Shown piece after piece: positions 8,197 to 18,972 of a stretch of 64,000 bases of DNA. The position numbers and the translations under genes are program-made. The notes beneath the pieces were generated by a model. That model was not told where the DNA came from. It did not search any database and saw only the letters and a program-made list of their open reading frames with translations. The stretch is from an uncultured candidate division Zixibacteria bacterium (GTDB lineage: Bacteria; Zixibacteria; MSB-5A5; GN15; FEB-12): positions 160,001 through 224,000 of the forward strand of contig CAVTJJ010000004.1 of the NCBI GenBank assembly GCA_963735035.1. Direction: 5' to 3'. Position 1 is the first letter of the stretch. Each line of letters opens with the position of its first letter.

Positions 8197-10377
8197 ATGC
8201 TCGGAGTAATTGGCAATCGCTTTTCCATCGGCAAGGAGACCTATCTCCCATTTTCAGCCGAACTTCACTACTTCAGGATCGACAAAAGGTACTGGTCGAT
8301 CTGTTTTGAACGCATTCGTCGCGCCGGCTTCAGAATTATTGCGACCGCCGTTCCGTGGAACATCCACCAGGACTCGTCAAAACATATCGACTTCTCCGGC
8401 TACGATGACCCCCGGAAAGATCTGATCGTTTTTCTCGAACTCGCCCGAGAATTCGGATTCAAGGTAATTCTTCGTCCGGGCCCAATGGTTCACGGACAAC
8501 TGCCGTACGCCGGGTTGCCGCGGACGCTGTTCTCGGACATCAAGGTCTTTGCTCGTGACGCCGCTGGGGCGGAAGTGATCCTGCCTGACAGCTATGGCGT
8601 CAAGGGCGGATTCCTGCCGTCGTATCTTCACAGCAATTTCCAGTTCCATCTCCGCAGCTATTTCAAGGCCTTCATCGAGACCACGAAAAATTATGTTCAC
8701 CCGCGCGGACCGGTCTTCATGGTTGAACTGGATTATGAGACGTCGTTCGGGCGGATGCTTCGTCCCGACGCCGCTGACTATAACCCGGACGTTGTCGCCG
8801 AGTACTATCCGGAATTTCTTCGTACCCGCTATGACGACATCAAGAAGCTGAATGCGGCCTATCGTGAAAAGCACGAGGATTTCGATACGGTCGAACCCCC
8901 GCGCAAATTCGACGACCTGGACGCTAAGACATACCCGAAGGCGCTGGATTGGTTCCGCTTCCGCGAGTTCATGCTCAATGAGTATCTTAGCGTACTTGAA
9001 GATACTTTTGCGTCGTATACGGTCGAGCCGCTCTTGTTCCGCTCGCTCTATTTCAAGCCGGGCGATCTACTGCCGGCGTTCAACCTGGTCCCGGAGGATC
9101 GTTCACCGTTCCTCGGCGCCAATATTTTCCCCGAGGGAAGCTATTTCGATCTGGCCAACAAGGCTCGCTATCTGAAGGCCGAGTATGGTTTCGCCTTTGC
9201 CTCGTCGTTTTCGTCCGGGGCTGCGGCTGCCGATCCGAAACGCGAGGAAGAAATCGCCCCAATCGGCAGCAATGTGCGTCGCTTCTATCTGGCCGCAGGT
9301 CTGGCGGCCGGCCTCAAGGGCATGAATCACTACATGTTCGTGGATCGTGACTACTGGTACAGTGCGCCGCTTCGTCGCGACGGCACAGTCACCGAAGCTT
9401 ACGATGTCGTCAAGAACTTCAACGAAGGTATTGAGACGGTCGACTTCGACGATCTCGCTGCGACCCCGTCGCTGGCGATTGTTGCTCAAAGGCTGTACTA
9501 CTGGATGCGCGAAACCGGCACCAGGAAGGATTTCGAGTACTTGCCGCGGCTGCTGAACGACACGATGTCGGGATTCTGTCGTGACCTTACGCGCTTGAGG
9601 CTGGACTACGGCGTCCGCGAGAATCGTGATTACACCAGCATGAAGCAGTACCAGACGATCTTCGTGCCCTCGTGCGAAGTCATGGCCGAGAGAGACCAGG
9701 AAGCGCTCGTGGAGCTCGCCAAAGCCGGGGTAACGATTATTATGTGTGGGCTGATGCCCAAGTTCAATGAAGAATTCCATGACTGTCAGGTCCTGGCAAA
9801 ACATTTTCGCATCCACACCACTCTCGATCACCGCGTGGCCTCCATCACGCACAAGGGTGGCGAATTCGTGGCCTACACCTATGGCAGCATCAAGACCACG
9901 GATGAACGGGCGAAGAAACTGGCCAAGACTGACGGTAAAGTCGTGGCGGTTTGCAGCACGCGGTTCAAGGGAAGTCTGTATTTCCTTACCTTCGACGTCG
10001 CCTCGGGTGGCGACCATAACAAGCTGGCGTTTGTAGCCTCGCTCATGGAGTCCACCGGTAACAAATCATGTCTCTACTGCAGTGATCCGTCGGTGAATCT
10101 CTCCCTGCAGATGGGACCCAAGAAGGGATTGTTGTTCGTGGTGGCGCCTCCGGCGGGACAGCTTTCGGACGGGCTCGAAGCCGAGCGCAAGGAAGTTATC
10201 ATCCAGGTCGATCTGAAACAGGCCGGATTCAGTTCGGCCAATCTGAAATTAACCAATATTCTGGAGAACGCGGAAACGGTCGTGCCGATCAAGACTTCGG
10301 CCAAGGAACTCAAGGCCGGCTTTGTACTTCCGGTGCAGTTCCCCGACGGGATGATATTCCGCGTCGAAAAGACCTGA
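8197..10377 (+). CDS. GH35/GH42-like (beta-galactosidase family) protein, cytoplasmic
   Basis: SAELHYFR, VPWNIH, VILRPGP, GPVFMVELDYE and GMNHYMFV motifs; GH42-like trimerisation region. Confidence 0.8.
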   Translation: MLGVIGNRFSIGKETYLPFSAELHYFRIDKRYWSICFERIRRAGFRIIATAVPWNIHQDSSKHIDFSGYDDPRKDLIVFLELAREFGFKVILRPGPMVHGQLPYAGLPRTLFSDIKVFARDAAGAEVILPDSYGVKGGFLPSYLHSNFQFHLRSYFKAFIETTKNYVHPRGPVFMVELDYETSFGRMLRPDAADYNPDVVAEYYPEFLRTRYDDIKKLNAAYREKHEDFDTVEPPRKFDDLDAKTYPKALDWFRFREFMLNEYLSVLEDTFASYTVEPLLFRSLYFKPGDLLPAFNLVPEDRSPFLGANIFPEGSYFDLANKARYLKAEYGFAFASSFSSGAAAADPKREEEIAPIGSNVRRFYLAAGLAAGLKGMNHYMFVDRDYWYSAPLRRDGTVTEAYDVVKNFNEGIETVDFDDLAATPSLAIVAQRLYYWMRETGTRKDFEYLPRLLNDTMSGFCRDLTRLRLDYGVRENRDYTSMKQYQTIFVPSCEVMAERDQEALVELAKAGVTIIMCGLMPKFNEEFHDCQVLAKHFRIHTTLDHRVASITHKGGEFVAYTYGSIKTTDERAKKLAKTDGKVVAVCSTRFKGSLYFLTFDVASGGDHNKLAFVASLMESTGNKSCLYCSDPSVNLSLQMGPKKGLLFVVAPPAGQLSDGLEAERKEVIIQVDLKQAGFSSANLKLTNILENAETVVPIKTSAKELKAGFVLPVQFPDGMIFRVEKT

Positions 10378-10399
10378 TCCAATCCGATCCACGGCGGTT

Positions 10400-12127
10400 A
10401 TGACACGGCGAATGATTCGAACCCGACTCGCTGCTGCAGTTGCTCTGACAGCGGCGCTGCTCTTGATCGCCGGCGCCTGCGGGAAAGTGGGCGTGACTCG
10501 TTTCTATCAGCGCGGCGTGGTGGCTACCGTGTCGCCGATAGCTTCCGAAGTCGGCCGCGACATCATTGAGCACGGCGGGAATGCCTTCGACGCGGCGGTG
10601 GCGGTCGCGTTCACTCTGGCTGTCACGTATCCTCAGGCGGGAAATATTGGTGGCGGAGGTTTCGCGCTGGTCCGCGAGGGCGCCGACAGCTCTATCATGG
10701 CGCTCGATTTCCGCGAGATTGCTCCCTCGGCGGCTTCGCAGAATATGTACCTGGATTCTTCGGGGAATGTCGTTCCGAATCTTTCCACCCACGGTTCTCT
10801 GTCTTCGGGAGTTCCCGGATCGGTGGCCGGCTTGCACGCATTGTGGCAAAAGCATGGCACGATGAAATGGACCGATCTCGTCACCCCGGCCGCCAAACTC
10901 GCCGACACCGGTTTCATCATCGACAAACAGATGGCGGCAGACCTGACAGAGTACAAGGAAGTCCTGATAGATTTCGAGGAAACGCGAAACATCTTTGCGC
11001 CGGGTGGGGAAGTTCCCTCGGAAGGGGCAAGACTGTTGCAGCCGGACCTGGCCCGAAGTCTCTATTCAATCGCGGCAGAAGGGCCGGCCGCTTTCTACAC
11101 CGGAATCATTGCCGACAGCCTCATTGCCTGCATGCAAAAGTATGGGGGGCTCATCACTTATTCCGATCTGGAGCATTATATCCCGGTCTGGCGCGAGCCG
11201 ATCCATTTCAAATTTGATTCGCTCGACATCTATACCATGCCGCCACCCAGTTCGGGAGGCGTTGCCGTGGGGCAGATTCTCAAATTGCTCGAACCTTATA
11301 ATCTTTCCCAGTACACGGCCGAATCTCCGGAATACATTCAACTATTCTGTGAAGCATCGCGGCTCGCCTTTGCCGACCGCTCGGAATATCTCGGTGATCC
11401 GGCCTTCTACAAGATCCCATCTGCTCTGCTGGATTCCGCCTACCTGGCTGAACGTCGCGTCGAAATTCCGATCGATCATGCCGGCAGTTCCAGCGATGTT
11501 GGTCCGGGAAACCCGCTCAAGTACGAATCCGATGCCACCACCCACTTTTCCATATGCGACAACGACGGCAACATGGTGGCGATTACGACAACCATCAACA
11601 CGATGTTCGGTTCGGGCGTGACTGTCGGGGGCGCGGGCTTTCTGCTCAACAACGAGATGGACGACTTTTCCATAAAGGCGGGATTTGCCAATACGTTTGG
11701 ACTGGTGGGCGGCGAAGCCAATGCGGTGGCGCCGGGCAAGCGGATGTTGTCGTCGATGGCTCCCACGTTGATCTTGAAAGAGGGGCGACCCTTCATGATC
11801 CTGGGTTCGCCCGGCGGTTCGAAAATTATCACGACGGTCGCACAGGCGATTATCAACTTCACCCGGTTTGGTCTGTCACTGGATGAAACTGCGGTGCGGC
11901 CTCGTTTCCACCACCAGTGGTTGCCTGATGTTGTCTACCTCGAAAAAGGCGGCTACGATGTGGCTACCATGCAGCGTTTGATCCGATATGGATATCAGAT
12001 CGAGGAACGCCCCAGGTATGGCGACCTGGAATTGATCTACGTGAATCCGGGCGGGATGATGACGGGGGCTTCCGACAATCGGAACGGCGGACGTTCGCTT
12101 GGGTGCAATCAACCGCTCATGAAGTAG
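10400..12127 (+). CDS. ggt: Gamma-glutamyltranspeptidase (probable lipoprotein)
   Basis: GGNAFDAAVA, GNIGGGGF, DFRE, autocleavage site TTHFS, NNEMDDF, LSSMAP, GSPGGSKI. Confidence 0.97.
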   Translation: MTRRMIRTRLAAAVALTAALLLIAGACGKVGVTRFYQRGVVATVSPIASEVGRDIIEHGGNAFDAAVAVAFTLAVTYPQAGNIGGGGFALVREGADSSIMALDFREIAPSAASQNMYLDSSGNVVPNLSTHGSLSSGVPGSVAGLHALWQKHGTMKWTDLVTPAAKLADTGFIIDKQMAADLTEYKEVLIDFEETRNIFAPGGEVPSEGARLLQPDLARSLYSIAAEGPAAFYTGIIADSLIACMQKYGGLITYSDLEHYIPVWREPIHFKFDSLDIYTMPPPSSGGVAVGQILKLLEPYNLSQYTAESPEYIQLFCEASRLAFADRSEYLGDPAFYKIPSALLDSAYLAERRVEIPIDHAGSSSDVGPGNPLKYESDATTHFSICDNDGNMVAITTTINTMFGSGVTVGGAGFLLNNEMDDFSIKAGFANTFGLVGGEANAVAPGKRMLSSMAPTLILKEGRPFMILGSPGGSKIITTVAQAIINFTRFGLSLDETAVRPRFHHQWLPDVVYLEKGGYDVATMQRLIRYGYQIEERPRYGDLELIYVNPGGMMTGASDNRNGGRSLGCNQPLMK

Positions 12128-12153
12128 CGGGGGTGTGACCTGACGCGTAGCGG

Positions 12154-13406
12154 CTACTCCGCGCTCTCGGTCGTGCCGGAGTGCGACAAGTGCTTACGGC
12201 AATTGTGAACGCCCAGAATAATCGCACCCGCACCTACTAGCATCGTCAGAATCAATACGACCGTACCAACGTACGGTAAGGCAGCCCCGCACTCACCAGC
12301 ACCAATCCCAGCAGCAGCGCCCAGCGATTGAGCGGTTTGATACCGGGACGCATCGGCTTTAGGACCAGATAGCCTATCACCAGACCAACGATGATCTTGC
12401 CGGTGTACAAGATAACCGCGCCTGAGACGGTGACGAAGCTGGCGATGGGGATCAGGAGAATCGAGACGACCAGCAGCACCACCCCTACCAGAGCCAAATC
12501 GCCGGAAAGCAGAATATTACCGGCCAGAGTGCCTATCAACGAAAGTACCAGTACCAATATCGCTACCAGGAGTGCTAATGCCCCCGCTAGACCGGCGGCG
12601 ATCGTGACCGTCGAGCGCCTGGTCAACTGTTCAATCGACTCTTCCGCATACCCCTTGAACAGGCTGATCATGATTATGCCGAAGAAGAACGCCGCGAACA
12701 GGCTGGCTATCCGATAGGCAATTGTGCTGAGGATACCGGTGTCTTCATCCTTCTTTTCCAGTTCGGGAGGTTCCCACGTGGTAGCGCCAATGATCGTGAC
12801 GCCCGGTTCGATGGTGAGTTGATCCTTCTCATCCGTGCGGTACACCAAGCTGCCGCGGATCACCGCCGGCGGCGAGACGGTTATCTTATCGCCTTTGAGA
12901 ATGACATCGCCGCCAATCTGACCCGTAACGCGAATGGTGCCGGCCGCGCAGAAGACTTTGCCCAGAACGGTGCCGTCGAGATCGATCTCGCCGCCGGTTA
13001 CGGTAACGTCTTTCTCAACGACTGAACCCGGGCTGATGATAATTCGTGACCCGAGCGCGAGAACCGATCCCCCTACCCGACCGCTCACCGACAAGCGGTC
13101 GCCGAAAAACCGCAATGAGCCGTTGACTGAGCCGGCCTGTTCCGCATACCGCGCCGCCAGATTAGCGGAACCACGAACGTTGCCTTTGATATTCACCTGA
13201 TTGCTTATAGAGACGAGGTCACCCGTGATGGTGCCATCCATACGAGCGTCATCGCCGACAATATAGAAATCGTCCGCTATCTCGTGCAGCGGCGAGATAT
13301 GGACCGTCTTCCCGGACTGATAAGTTGTAGCCGTAACAGGAGCGACGATCAGGAGAACAAGGGCTCCAAGGAATCCAGCCAAGTTCAAAACACACCTGTT
13401 TCTCAT
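12154..13406 (-). CDS. Bactofilin-like (polymer-forming) beta-helix protein with multi-pass TM C-terminus; frameshift ~12285
   Basis: Repeated I.G.V.G units followed by hydrophobic helices. A shifted frame continues ALPYVGTVVLILTMLVGAGAIILG to TAG at 12154-12156. Confidence 0.75.
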
Positions 13407-13828
13407 CTTATCTGCTCCAGACGTGGGGGTGCCTGATTTACGCGTGATCGCGCCTCAAAGTTGCTGTCCGACAGGCGAAAAGGCAAACCTAAAAAAGTCC
13501 TGAATATTAGAGTAACTTGCCGTTACGGTCGTTCGATCCTGGTGGCAAGTCCTGAGAGTCAGCGAGTAATCCCGGGGATTCACGTCTGCAACGGCAAACG
13601 GTGCATTGGGTTACCGGATCATTTTCCTGAAGATAGCCTGATCATAACTGGATCTCCGTTCCGATGCTTGTCGCCTGAAGGCTGACCATCTGGCCCCACT
13701 CCCGAAGTCAACGTGCAAGTATTTGTCGCTTCAGCGGCAGTTGACGCCCCGACTCTCTCATAATCCGTTAAGCCGCAATCGATAGTGCCGATTATAGCCG
13801 ATATACGGACCAAAGTCCGGCACCACTT

Positions 13829-15388
13829 ATGAATCTGTTTCTGGATCGCAACCGCACGCTGCTGCCCAGGATCGACGTTGTCTTCCTGATGACCAGGATT
13901 ATGACGTTCGTCTCGGTGCTCTGGTTTGCCTTTTTCGGCGACCACCCTGCGGCCGACGCCATGTTCTTCTACATAGTGGTGGGCTCTTATGCCCTGCTGA
14001 TCGGGCTGTTCCTGGCAGGGATGTACGGTCGCTTCGATCTCAAGCTGGCCTATCTCGGTTCGATTGTCTACGACATCATCTTCCTGCCCGTATTCATCTG
14101 GTTTACCGGAGGCATGGATTCCAGCATCTACCTCTACTTCTTCTTAACTATCGCGGTGGCGGCCTACGTATTAGTGTTCCCAGCGGCGCTGGTAGTCGCT
14201 GTGCTGCTGACTGCGCCGTATGTCGCCCTGGCAATAGTTCAACTCCAGACGGCAGACTTGTTTGGTTTTTCAGTACGGCTGGGGCTGATGTGGATATTCT
14301 TCCTGGCTCTCGCCTATGTTTCCGAATACATGCGCAAGTCGGAACGCCGCCTGATGAAGCTGTTCAACACGCTCAACCTGCGCACGTCGGAACTGGAAAA
14401 GTCACAGGCGCAGTTGGAAATGATCTACGAGAACACCCGCGTCCTGGCGGCGATTCTCGAGCCGGACGATGTCGTGCGTGAAGTTATGCGCATCATGGGA
14501 TCGACCCTGGGGCATTCGACCTATGTCATGATCCTGAAGAATGTCAGTGGCCACTACTATTACCGCGCTCGTTGTATCAACGGCCGCACGACCTATAGCC
14601 TGCGTGAACTTTCGCTGACCAAGAACCAATTGCTGATGCGCTCCGCCCACGCCCAGGAAGTAGTGAGGGTGAACGATACGACCACCCGCGAAGATTATGA
14701 AACGCTGACTCCTGAAACTCGCTCGGCGATAGTCATCCCAATGACCTTCCACGGCCATGCCACCGGCCTTCTGATAGCCGAATCGAACGAGCTCGGGTTC
14801 TTCAGTCAGCGCGACGAGCAGCTTCTGGCGGTAGTAGCCCGTTCGGCCGGTCTGGCGCTCGAAAACGCCGAATTGTTGAAACGGACCGAGGAGCTGACTA
14901 TTCTGGACGAACTGACGGAGTCGTACAACTACCGCTACTTCATACAGAAATTCCAGGAAGAAAAGCGACGGGCGGTGCGCTACCATCTACCGCTGTCAAT
15001 CATCATGATCGACATCGATTGGTTCAAGAAGCTCAACGACGGCTATGGGCACGAAGCAGGCAACGTTGTCCTGCGCCAACTGGCCCGCGTGACCAAAGAG
15101 TGTATTCGCGACGTGGATATATTCGCCCGTTACGGTGGTGAAGAATTTGTGGTAATCCTGCCACAGACCCCGCTTCCGGAAGCGCGACGTATCGGCGAGC
15201 GTATCCGTACCCAGGTGGAGCAGACCATCATCGATACCGGAACGACCGGTAAAGTCAAGATCACGGTCTCGCTCGGTGTCAGCTCCTACCCTGAAAACGG
15301 ACGTTCCGAGGAAGAATTGGTCAGTGTTGCCGACCAGGCGCTGTATAAAGCCAAAGGAAGCGGTAAGAATCTGGTGTGCGTGTCATAG
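13829..15388 (+). CDS. Membrane diguanylate cyclase (TM-GAF-GGDEF)
   Basis: N-terminal TM helices, GAF-like region, DIDWFKKLND, RxxD I-site (RDVD), RYGGEEF, ADQALYKAK. Confidence 0.95.
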   Translation: MNLFLDRNRTLLPRIDVVFLMTRIMTFVSVLWFAFFGDHPAADAMFFYIVVGSYALLIGLFLAGMYGRFDLKLAYLGSIVYDIIFLPVFIWFTGGMDSSIYLYFFLTIAVAAYVLVFPAALVVAVLLTAPYVALAIVQLQTADLFGFSVRLGLMWIFFLALAYVSEYMRKSERRLMKLFNTLNLRTSELEKSQAQLEMIYENTRVLAAILEPDDVVREVMRIMGSTLGHSTYVMILKNVSGHYYYRARCINGRTTYSLRELSLTKNQLLMRSAHAQEVVRVNDTTTREDYETLTPETRSAIVIPMTFHGHATGLLIAESNELGFFSQRDEQLLAVVARSAGLALENAELLKRTEELTILDELTESYNYRYFIQKFQEEKRRAVRYHLPLSIIMIDIDWFKKLNDGYGHEAGNVVLRQLARVTKECIRDVDIFARYGGEEFVVILPQTPLPEARRIGERIRTQVEQTIIDTGTTGKVKITVSLGVSSYPENGRSEEELVSVADQALYKAKGSGKNLVCVS

Positions 15389-15437
15389 AAAATGAGATAC
15401 CTTGGTCATAAGAGGGCCGCTTAGTCGGCACACTGTT

Positions 15438-16433
15438 ATGGAGAATATTCTTAAGCGAATCGGACAGCTATTTGTTCTCGGCTTTGCCGGCCGGGAGCCG
15501 TCGAAAGAGTTCCTTGATTTTGTCTGTGAGGAACAGATCGGCGGCGTGATTCTGTTTGAGGAAAATTGCCCCACCCATTCAGTGGCGCGCCAGAACATTC
15601 GCCGGATAGTCGAACGAATCGAAATTCCGCCTTTCGTGGCGATCGATCAGGAAGGCGGGCGCGTCTGCCGACTCCGGGGAGCCCCGGCCGAGTACAAAGC
15701 GGCGGCCGAGTACGGCCACAACAACAGCCTGGAGCATTTCCGCGAGGATTATCGCCGTTCGGTTGTTCTGATGTCATCGCTCGGTATCAATCTCAATCTG
15801 GCTCCGGTAGCCGATCTGTTCCTGAACGAAGAGAATAAGTGCCTTGAGGGACGCTGTTTCGGAAACGACCCGGCCAGGGTGTCGGAGTTTGTCAAGGCTT
15901 CGGTGGCAGTGGCCCACAGTCAGGGCCTGCTCTGCTGTCTCAAACATTTCCCCGGCCTCGGTGCAGCGTCGATCGATCCGCACGTGGCCACGGCCACCGC
16001 GACTTACGATCAAATGGTCTGGCAGCAACGCGAGCGAGTTCCGTTCGCAGCGGGAATCGAAGCCGGCGCCGACCTGATCATGAGCACGCATATGGTCGCG
16101 GAGAGATTCGATCAGAACGTAGTCACCGGCTCACACGAAATTATCACCAATCTGGTGCGTGAGAATCTCAACTTCGACGGACCTGTGATCACCGACGACC
16201 TGTCGATGAAGGGCGCCGATGTTCTGGGTGACTATGGTCAAAAAGCGGTGGCGGCGTTCAACGCGGGTCATGATTTGCTAATGTTCTGCCATAATTTCGA
16301 AGACACGGTCGAGGCCTTCGAATATTTCGTTGGCGCGGTTCGGGCCGGTGAAGTAACTGAAGCACGAATACAACTCGCCCTGGAGCGCGTATCCGGCGTC
16401 AAACTCAAGCTGGGACGGCCGGTGTTGCGCTGA
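15438..16433 (+). CDS. nagZ: Beta-N-acetylhexosaminidase (GH3)
   Basis: IDQEGGRV, NLAPVAD, KHFPGLG..DPH, ITDDLSM. Confidence 0.92.
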   Translation: MENILKRIGQLFVLGFAGREPSKEFLDFVCEEQIGGVILFEENCPTHSVARQNIRRIVERIEIPPFVAIDQEGGRVCRLRGAPAEYKAAAEYGHNNSLEHFREDYRRSVVLMSSLGINLNLAPVADLFLNEENKCLEGRCFGNDPARVSEFVKASVAVAHSQGLLCCLKHFPGLGAASIDPHVATATATYDQMVWQQRERVPFAAGIEAGADLIMSTHMVAERFDQNVVTGSHEIITNLVRENLNFDGPVITDDLSMKGADVLGDYGQKAVAAFNAGHDLLMFCHNFEDTVEAFEYFVGAVRAGEVTEARIQLALERVSGVKLKLGRPVLR

Positions 16434-16434
16434 C

Positions 16435-17637
16435 ATGAATCTAATTCAGCCCCTAAACAAGAAACGGCTGACCGTTCTCGGCCTCAATTCGGGAACTTCG
16501 GCCGACGGTCTCGATCTCGCGGTCGTGCGAATCGAACGTTCCGCGCGTGGATGCCGGATTGTCCAGCTCGGCGGCGCGCGGAAAGCATATCCGTCATCTC
16601 TCAGACAAGCCGTGCTTTCTCTGGCCGATACGCCGTCAGTGTCACCCGATGACATCATCTTCCTCGATCAGGCGCTGGGGCAATTCTACGGTCGGGCGGC
16701 GGCATCATTCATCCGCCGACAAGAGAGCGCCGGAATCCGTATAGACCTGGTAGCATCCCACGGGCAGACTGTCCGTCACTTGCCTTCAAGAACGAAATTT
16801 GTCGGATACTTCGTAAACGGCACGCTGCAACTTGGAGCGCCGGAACAAATAGCCGCTCACACCGGACGTTTAGTAGTGGCCGATTTCCGCCAGGCCGATG
16901 TGGCCCTCGGCAATGAGGGTGCACCAATTACTACACCCGCCATGCAGCGCCTGTTTTCGTCTTCGAAAGAATCCCGACTGATAGTCAACATCGGTGGCAT
17001 GTCGAATTACTTCTACTTTCCTTCGGGTCGATCAAAGCTATCAACCCGTGCCGCAGACTGCGGGCCCGGCAATAGCCTTAGTGATCTTCTGGCGAAGAAA
17101 TTATTCGGTGTACCGTATGATCGCGGGGGAAAGTTCGCTTTGGTCGGAGAAGTCAGTCAGCGCCTGCTCATGTTATTGCTGGCTGAGCCGTTCTTCCAGG
17201 GTGGGAACACCTCCACCGGGCGCGAAGCGTTCGGTCGTGAGTTGAGCGATCGTATTGTCGCCAATGCTAAGAAGCTCCGTCTATCCAATTACGAAACAAT
17301 TGCAACTGCGGCAGAACTAACTGTGGCCGCCATCGCGACCAGTGTAAACTCAATTCTTGATAGCGATCATACCCTCAGGAATTTGTATTTGACCGGCGGT
17401 GGCGTGCACAACAGATTCTTCGTGCGCCGACTGCGCCAATTGTTTGATGGCCTCGAAGTCTCTTCTATCCGCGAGCTCGGCTTTGATCCCGGTTTGGTCG
17501 AGGCATCGTCTTATGCCGTCCTCGGCGAAGCGGCCTTGCGAGGCGAAGGGCTGCCCACCGGCCGTTCGGGCGGCACTGGCAAGAAGCGACAGGCTGTGCT
17601 CGGGCGCATCGTGCAGCCCCCGCAGGAGATCGCGTAA
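16435..17637 (+). CDS. anmK: Anhydro-N-acetylmuramic acid kinase
   Basis: GLNSGTSADGLD, SHGQTVRH, DFRQAD..GNEGAP, NIGGMSN, DCGPGN, STGRE. Confidence 0.95.
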   Translation: MNLIQPLNKKRLTVLGLNSGTSADGLDLAVVRIERSARGCRIVQLGGARKAYPSSLRQAVLSLADTPSVSPDDIIFLDQALGQFYGRAAASFIRRQESAGIRIDLVASHGQTVRHLPSRTKFVGYFVNGTLQLGAPEQIAAHTGRLVVADFRQADVALGNEGAPITTPAMQRLFSSSKESRLIVNIGGMSNYFYFPSGRSKLSTRAADCGPGNSLSDLLAKKLFGVPYDRGGKFALVGEVSQRLLMLLLAEPFFQGGNTSTGREAFGRELSDRIVANAKKLRLSNYETIATAAELTVAAIATSVNSILDSDHTLRNLYLTGGGVHNRFFVRRLRQLFDGLEVSSIRELGFDPGLVEASSYAVLGEAALRGEGLPTGRSGGTGKKRQAVLGRIVQPPQEIA

Positions 17638-17643
17638 CTGTTC

Positions 17644-18927
17644 ATGGAAGAACCAATGAAGTTATCATTTCGACGTATCGTCAGCCTATTCGTTCGCATC
17701 TCATGCGGTCTGATGCTCTTAGTTCTTCTCTGGAGCTGCGGCACCGTGCCCGGCTTGCAGGAAGAATCCCTCGATTCCGTCATCCGCGTTCCGTTTGTTC
17801 GCGTCTTGCTCGATGAAAAGGCGGTGGGAGTAGAGGCCGGGGCCGACGGTTCCTTTGCGATCGAATGTCTACATTCAGGCCAACAGGAAGTTTTCTATTC
17901 CAGCCAGCCGGTCACAATTCAGACGATAAGATCTCTGCTGACTGTCAACAACGCGCGTGGGGAGGAGATCCAGAGCGGTCTCGACGAAATCAATATCATT
18001 CCCCGTGGTTCTGGCAACCGGGTTAGGTTCGGTGAACGGAAGTACCGTGGGCTGCTTCGGTTCTTGCCGCGCGGTGAAGTTGTACGAATCATCAATGTTG
18101 TTTACCTTGAAGACTACCTTCGCGGGGTCGTTCCCCCGGAAATTGGCCTGAGAGTGGAGACCGAGCTAGAGGCTGTCAAGGCCCAGGCGGTCGCCGCGCG
18201 AACCTATGCGATGGGTCACCTCAAACAGTACGAGGGAGAACCGTTCGACGTCAAAGGCAGCATCATGGATCAGGTCTATGAAGGCTTCACCGGCGAGAAC
18301 GCTCTTTCCAACAAAGCTGTCGACCTGACCGCCGGCCGCGTGGCCATGTACAAAGACGATCTGATCGACGCCTATTTTCATTCCACCTGCGGCGGTCGAA
18401 CGGATGACATCGCAGACGTGTGGGATCGCAAGGATGTGCCTTATCTCAAATCAGTCGATGATCAAGCGGCTTGCTCCTGGTCGAAATATTACACCTGGCA
18501 GGAAACGTTCACCGAGCAGCAGGTACGCGGCAGAGTCGAGCAGTATCTGTCGTCGGATCGGGGCCGTGACCTGAGAATCGGGACGGTGACCGACGTCACC
18601 GTGGCGGAACGCACGGCCGGGGGCCGGGTACGACGTCTGCTGGTGCGCACCGATCTCGATGTTTTCAAATTCGAGAAAGACCGCATCCGTTGGGTGTTTG
18701 GACGGGCTTCCAACCCCGACCTGATTCTCCCGTCGGATCGCTTTGATGTCGAAATTCAGCGGGACTCAGCCAACAATGCCGTGTCGATCATTCTTCACGG
18801 CCAGGGGTATGGCCACGGGGTCGGGATGTGCCAGTGCGGGGCGATCGGACATTCCCGCGACGGCTGGACCTATGACCGCATTCTCAAGCTCTACTACACC
18901 AACGTGGACATCAAGAAACTGTACTAG
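17644..18927 (+). CDS. SpoIID/LytB domain lytic transglycosylase (lipoprotein)
   Basis: LEDYLRGVVPPE, KAQAVAARTY, QVY, YFHSTCGG, GYGHGVGMCQ.GA. Confidence 0.93.
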   Translation: MEEPMKLSFRRIVSLFVRISCGLMLLVLLWSCGTVPGLQEESLDSVIRVPFVRVLLDEKAVGVEAGADGSFAIECLHSGQQEVFYSSQPVTIQTIRSLLTVNNARGEEIQSGLDEINIIPRGSGNRVRFGERKYRGLLRFLPRGEVVRIINVVYLEDYLRGVVPPEIGLRVETELEAVKAQAVAARTYAMGHLKQYEGEPFDVKGSIMDQVYEGFTGENALSNKAVDLTAGRVAMYKDDLIDAYFHSTCGGRTDDIADVWDRKDVPYLKSVDDQAACSWSKYYTWQETFTEQQVRGRVEQYLSSDRGRDLRIGTVTDVTVAERTAGGRVRRLLVRTDLDVFKFEKDRIRWVFGRASNPDLILPSDRFDVEIQRDSANNAVSIILHGQGYGHGVGMCQCGAIGHSRDGWTYDRILKLYYTNVDIKKLY

Positions 18928-18972
18928 TTGTTTAAGATTGCTTTGGGGGCGACCTTGTTGCACCGTAGACGG

